A stretch of DNA of 17,991 bases, taken from positions 1-17,991 of the forward strand of contig JAOUFI010000045.1 in assembly GCA_029858305.1 (NCBI GenBank). The letters run 5' to 3'. The position numbers and the translations under genes are program-made. Source of the DNA: Candidatus Thorarchaeota archaeon (lineage in GTDB: Archaea > Asgardarchaeota > Thorarchaeia > Thorarchaeales > Thorarchaeaceae). The notes beneath the pieces are model-generated. The model saw only the letters and a program-made list of their open reading frames with translations. It searched no databases and was not told the origin of the DNA. Positions 16,270-17,991 of this stretch are shown here, piece by piece (within the stretch, counting starts at the first letter, position 1; each line of letters starts with the position of its first letter).

Positions 16270-17361
16270 TTGTCACATGAGCTTGGTAAACTATTATCTG
16301 AGAGTGGATTTCTTTTGAATAAGTTTGAAAATGAAATTTGGGATTGCATACAAGGCAAAGTTGTTCTCATTACAGGAGGAACAGGATTCTTGGGGAGAAC
16401 ACTCACCTCTAGATTCCTTGAGTTCGAACCGCAATCACTTCGAATTTTTAGTAGAGATGAAGTAAAACATTTCCGATTCAATAATCAGTTTGAATCGCAT
16501 CCACACTTCGATTGCATTCGTAATCTTGTTGGTGATGTAAGAGATTATGACAGAATATCAAAGGCTATGGAAGACGTAGATGTAGTAATTCATGCAGCAG
16601 CTCTAAAAAGAATCGATATGATAGAATACAACGTTGCCGAATCAATCAAAACAAACATTTTAGGGACACTTAATGTAGCAAATGCAGCACTAAGAAATAA
16701 TGTGGGCAAGTCCCTATTTGTTTCAACAGACAAGGCATGTTCTCCACTAAATTCGTACGGCGCGTGCAAATTACTTGGAGAGAGAATATTCACAGAGATG
16801 AATTATAGTAAAGGAAAATCAAAATCAATTCTTAGTTCTGTTCGATATGGGAATGTTCTCGCTAGTACCGGATCTATTATTCCTTTCTTTAAAAACAAAA
16901 TAGAAGCTGGGGTATCTATCCCACTAACTCATCCAGAGATGACCCGGTTTATAATTTCAGCAGATGAAGCAGTGGATTTAGTTCTAAAAGATTTAGTGTA
17001 TAGTGTGGGCGGAGAAGTAATGGTACCATTTATACCATCAATGAAAATTGTGGATTTAATTGAAGTCATGAAAACATCTTTGGGTGCAGATAATGAAATT
17101 GTTAACATTGGTATAAGACCTGGTGAAAAGATTCACGAAGTTCTGATAAATGAATTTGAAATTCCTCTGACCTACAAGATTGATAATACCTTTGCAATAA
17201 CCTCACTAATTGAGAGATATCAAGATGGGACAAAAACGCCTATTTACAAATTAAAAGGAGAGAAGATGGACAATAGTAAGATGAGTGAATACTCATCTCG
17301 AAATCATCTCATCTCAAGACAGGAAATTGAGAAGTACCTAAATAAGTTCAATTTATTGTAG
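16270..17361 (+). CDS. pseB: UDP-GlcNAc 4,6-dehydratase (PseB/FlaA1-like SDR)
   Basis: TGGTGFLG, FSRDEVK, GDVRD, HAAALK, STDKA, YGACK, RYGNV, MTRF and GIRPGEKIHE motifs. Exact start uncertain (TTG). Confidence 0.85.
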   Translation: MSHELGKLLSESGFLLNKFENEIWDCIQGKVVLITGGTGFLGRTLTSRFLEFEPQSLRIFSRDEVKHFRFNNQFESHPHFDCIRNLVGDVRDYDRISKAMEDVDVVIHAAALKRIDMIEYNVAESIKTNILGTLNVANAALRNNVGKSLFVSTDKACSPLNSYGACKLLGERIFTEMNYSKGKSKSILSSVRYGNVLASTGSIIPFFKNKIEAGVSIPLTHPEMTRFIISADEAVDLVLKDLVYSVGGEVMVPFIPSMKIVDLIEVMKTSLGADNEIVNIGIRPGEKIHEVLINEFEIPLTYKIDNTFAITSLIERYQDGTKTPIYKLKGEKMDNSKMSEYSSRNHLISRQEIEKYLNKFNLL

Positions 17362-17371
17362 TGTGGCAAGA

Positions 17372-17991
17372 ATGAAGATACCTTATGGAAAACAGTGGAT
17401 AACTGAAGAGGATAAAGAAAAAGTGCTTGAGGTCCTTAAATCAGATTACCTGACGACGGGTCCTACTATTGCAGCATTTGAAGATGCATTTGCACGGTTT
17501 GTGGGTGCGAAATATGCCATAGCTGTAGCTAATGGTACAGCAGCACTTCATCTAGCAGCAAAAGCCTTGGACGTCCATTCTGGAACAGAAGTGATTACCA
17601 CTCCAATGTCGTTCGCAGCGACCTCGAACTGTATTTTATATAACTCCGGAACACCAGTATTTGCAGATATCACCAATAGAGGACTCATTCAACCTAGTGA
17701 GATTGAAACTAAGATAACTGAAAACACTGCAGGCATCATTCCTGTCCATTACATGGGATTGCCTGCAGAATTGGCGGAGATATCCAAGATAGCAAAAGAG
17801 AATGAACTTTTCGTTATCGAGGATGCATGCCATGCATTGGGTGCCAAGTATAGGGGTACTTCAATAGGAGATTGTGATTATTCAGATATTGCTGTTTTCA
17901 GCTTTCATCCTGTGAAACATATCACTACAGGAGAGGGAGGGATAGTTACAACTAACAACGAAGAAATCGCATCACGAGTTCGAATGCTACG
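17372..17991 (+). CDS. pseC: PLP-dependent sugar aminotransferase (PseC, DegT/DnrJ family), truncated by the window end
   Basis: Translated by hand, not in the ORF track: MKIPYGKQWITEED...LTTGP...NGTAALHLA...PVHYMG...EDACHALGA...SFHPVKHITTGEGG. The frame is open to 17991. Confidence 0.92.
   Translation, partial: MKIPYGKQWITEEDKEKVLEVLKSDYLTTGPTIAAFEDAFARFVGAKYAIAVANGTAALHLAAKALDVHSGTEVITTPMSFAATSNCILYNSGTPVFADITNRGLIQPSEIETKITENTAGIIPVHYMGLPAELAEISKIAKENELFVIEDACHALGAKYRGTSIGDCDYSDIAVFSFHPVKHITTGEGGIVTTNNEEIASRVRML

Noticed and set aside
6374-17833. Remaining short track ORFs nested in or antisense to the long genes (e.g. 6374..6658, 9346..9639, 11307..11615, 14624..14956, 17636..17833)
   Set aside because: They overlap well-supported genes and carry no motifs. 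17636..17833 is antisense to pseC.

Overview
Archaeal-type DNA with TATA-like boxes, GAGGT/GGAGG Shine-Dalgarno sites and an HdrD/GlpC-type Fe-S protein. An Asgard (Thorarchaeia-like) origin is my inference from gene content and style, not proven. The left part (1-4943) has six short alternating genes: a helical hypothetical, a long coiled-coil protein with a C-terminal winged-helix, a transglutaminase-like protein, a PD-(D/E)XK nuclease, a small alpha/beta-barrel-like protein and a 260-aa hypothetical. The rest (5260-17991) is a more AT-rich surface-glycan locus. It contains split Alg14/Alg13, a non-canonical VAO/GlcD-family flavoprotein, a CCG Fe-S protein with a probable SCP2-like lipid-binding tail, two tandem GT2 paralogs, a CapK-like ligase and a candidate nonulosonate transferase. 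It ends with pseudaminic acid genes (pseI, pseF/spsF, pseB, and pseC, which is cut by the window edge and absent from the ORF track). The best candidate for an undescribed system is the flavin/Fe-S/SCP2-like redox module embedded among lipid-linked glycosyltransferases. No rRNA, tRNA, CRISPR array or transposase was seen.
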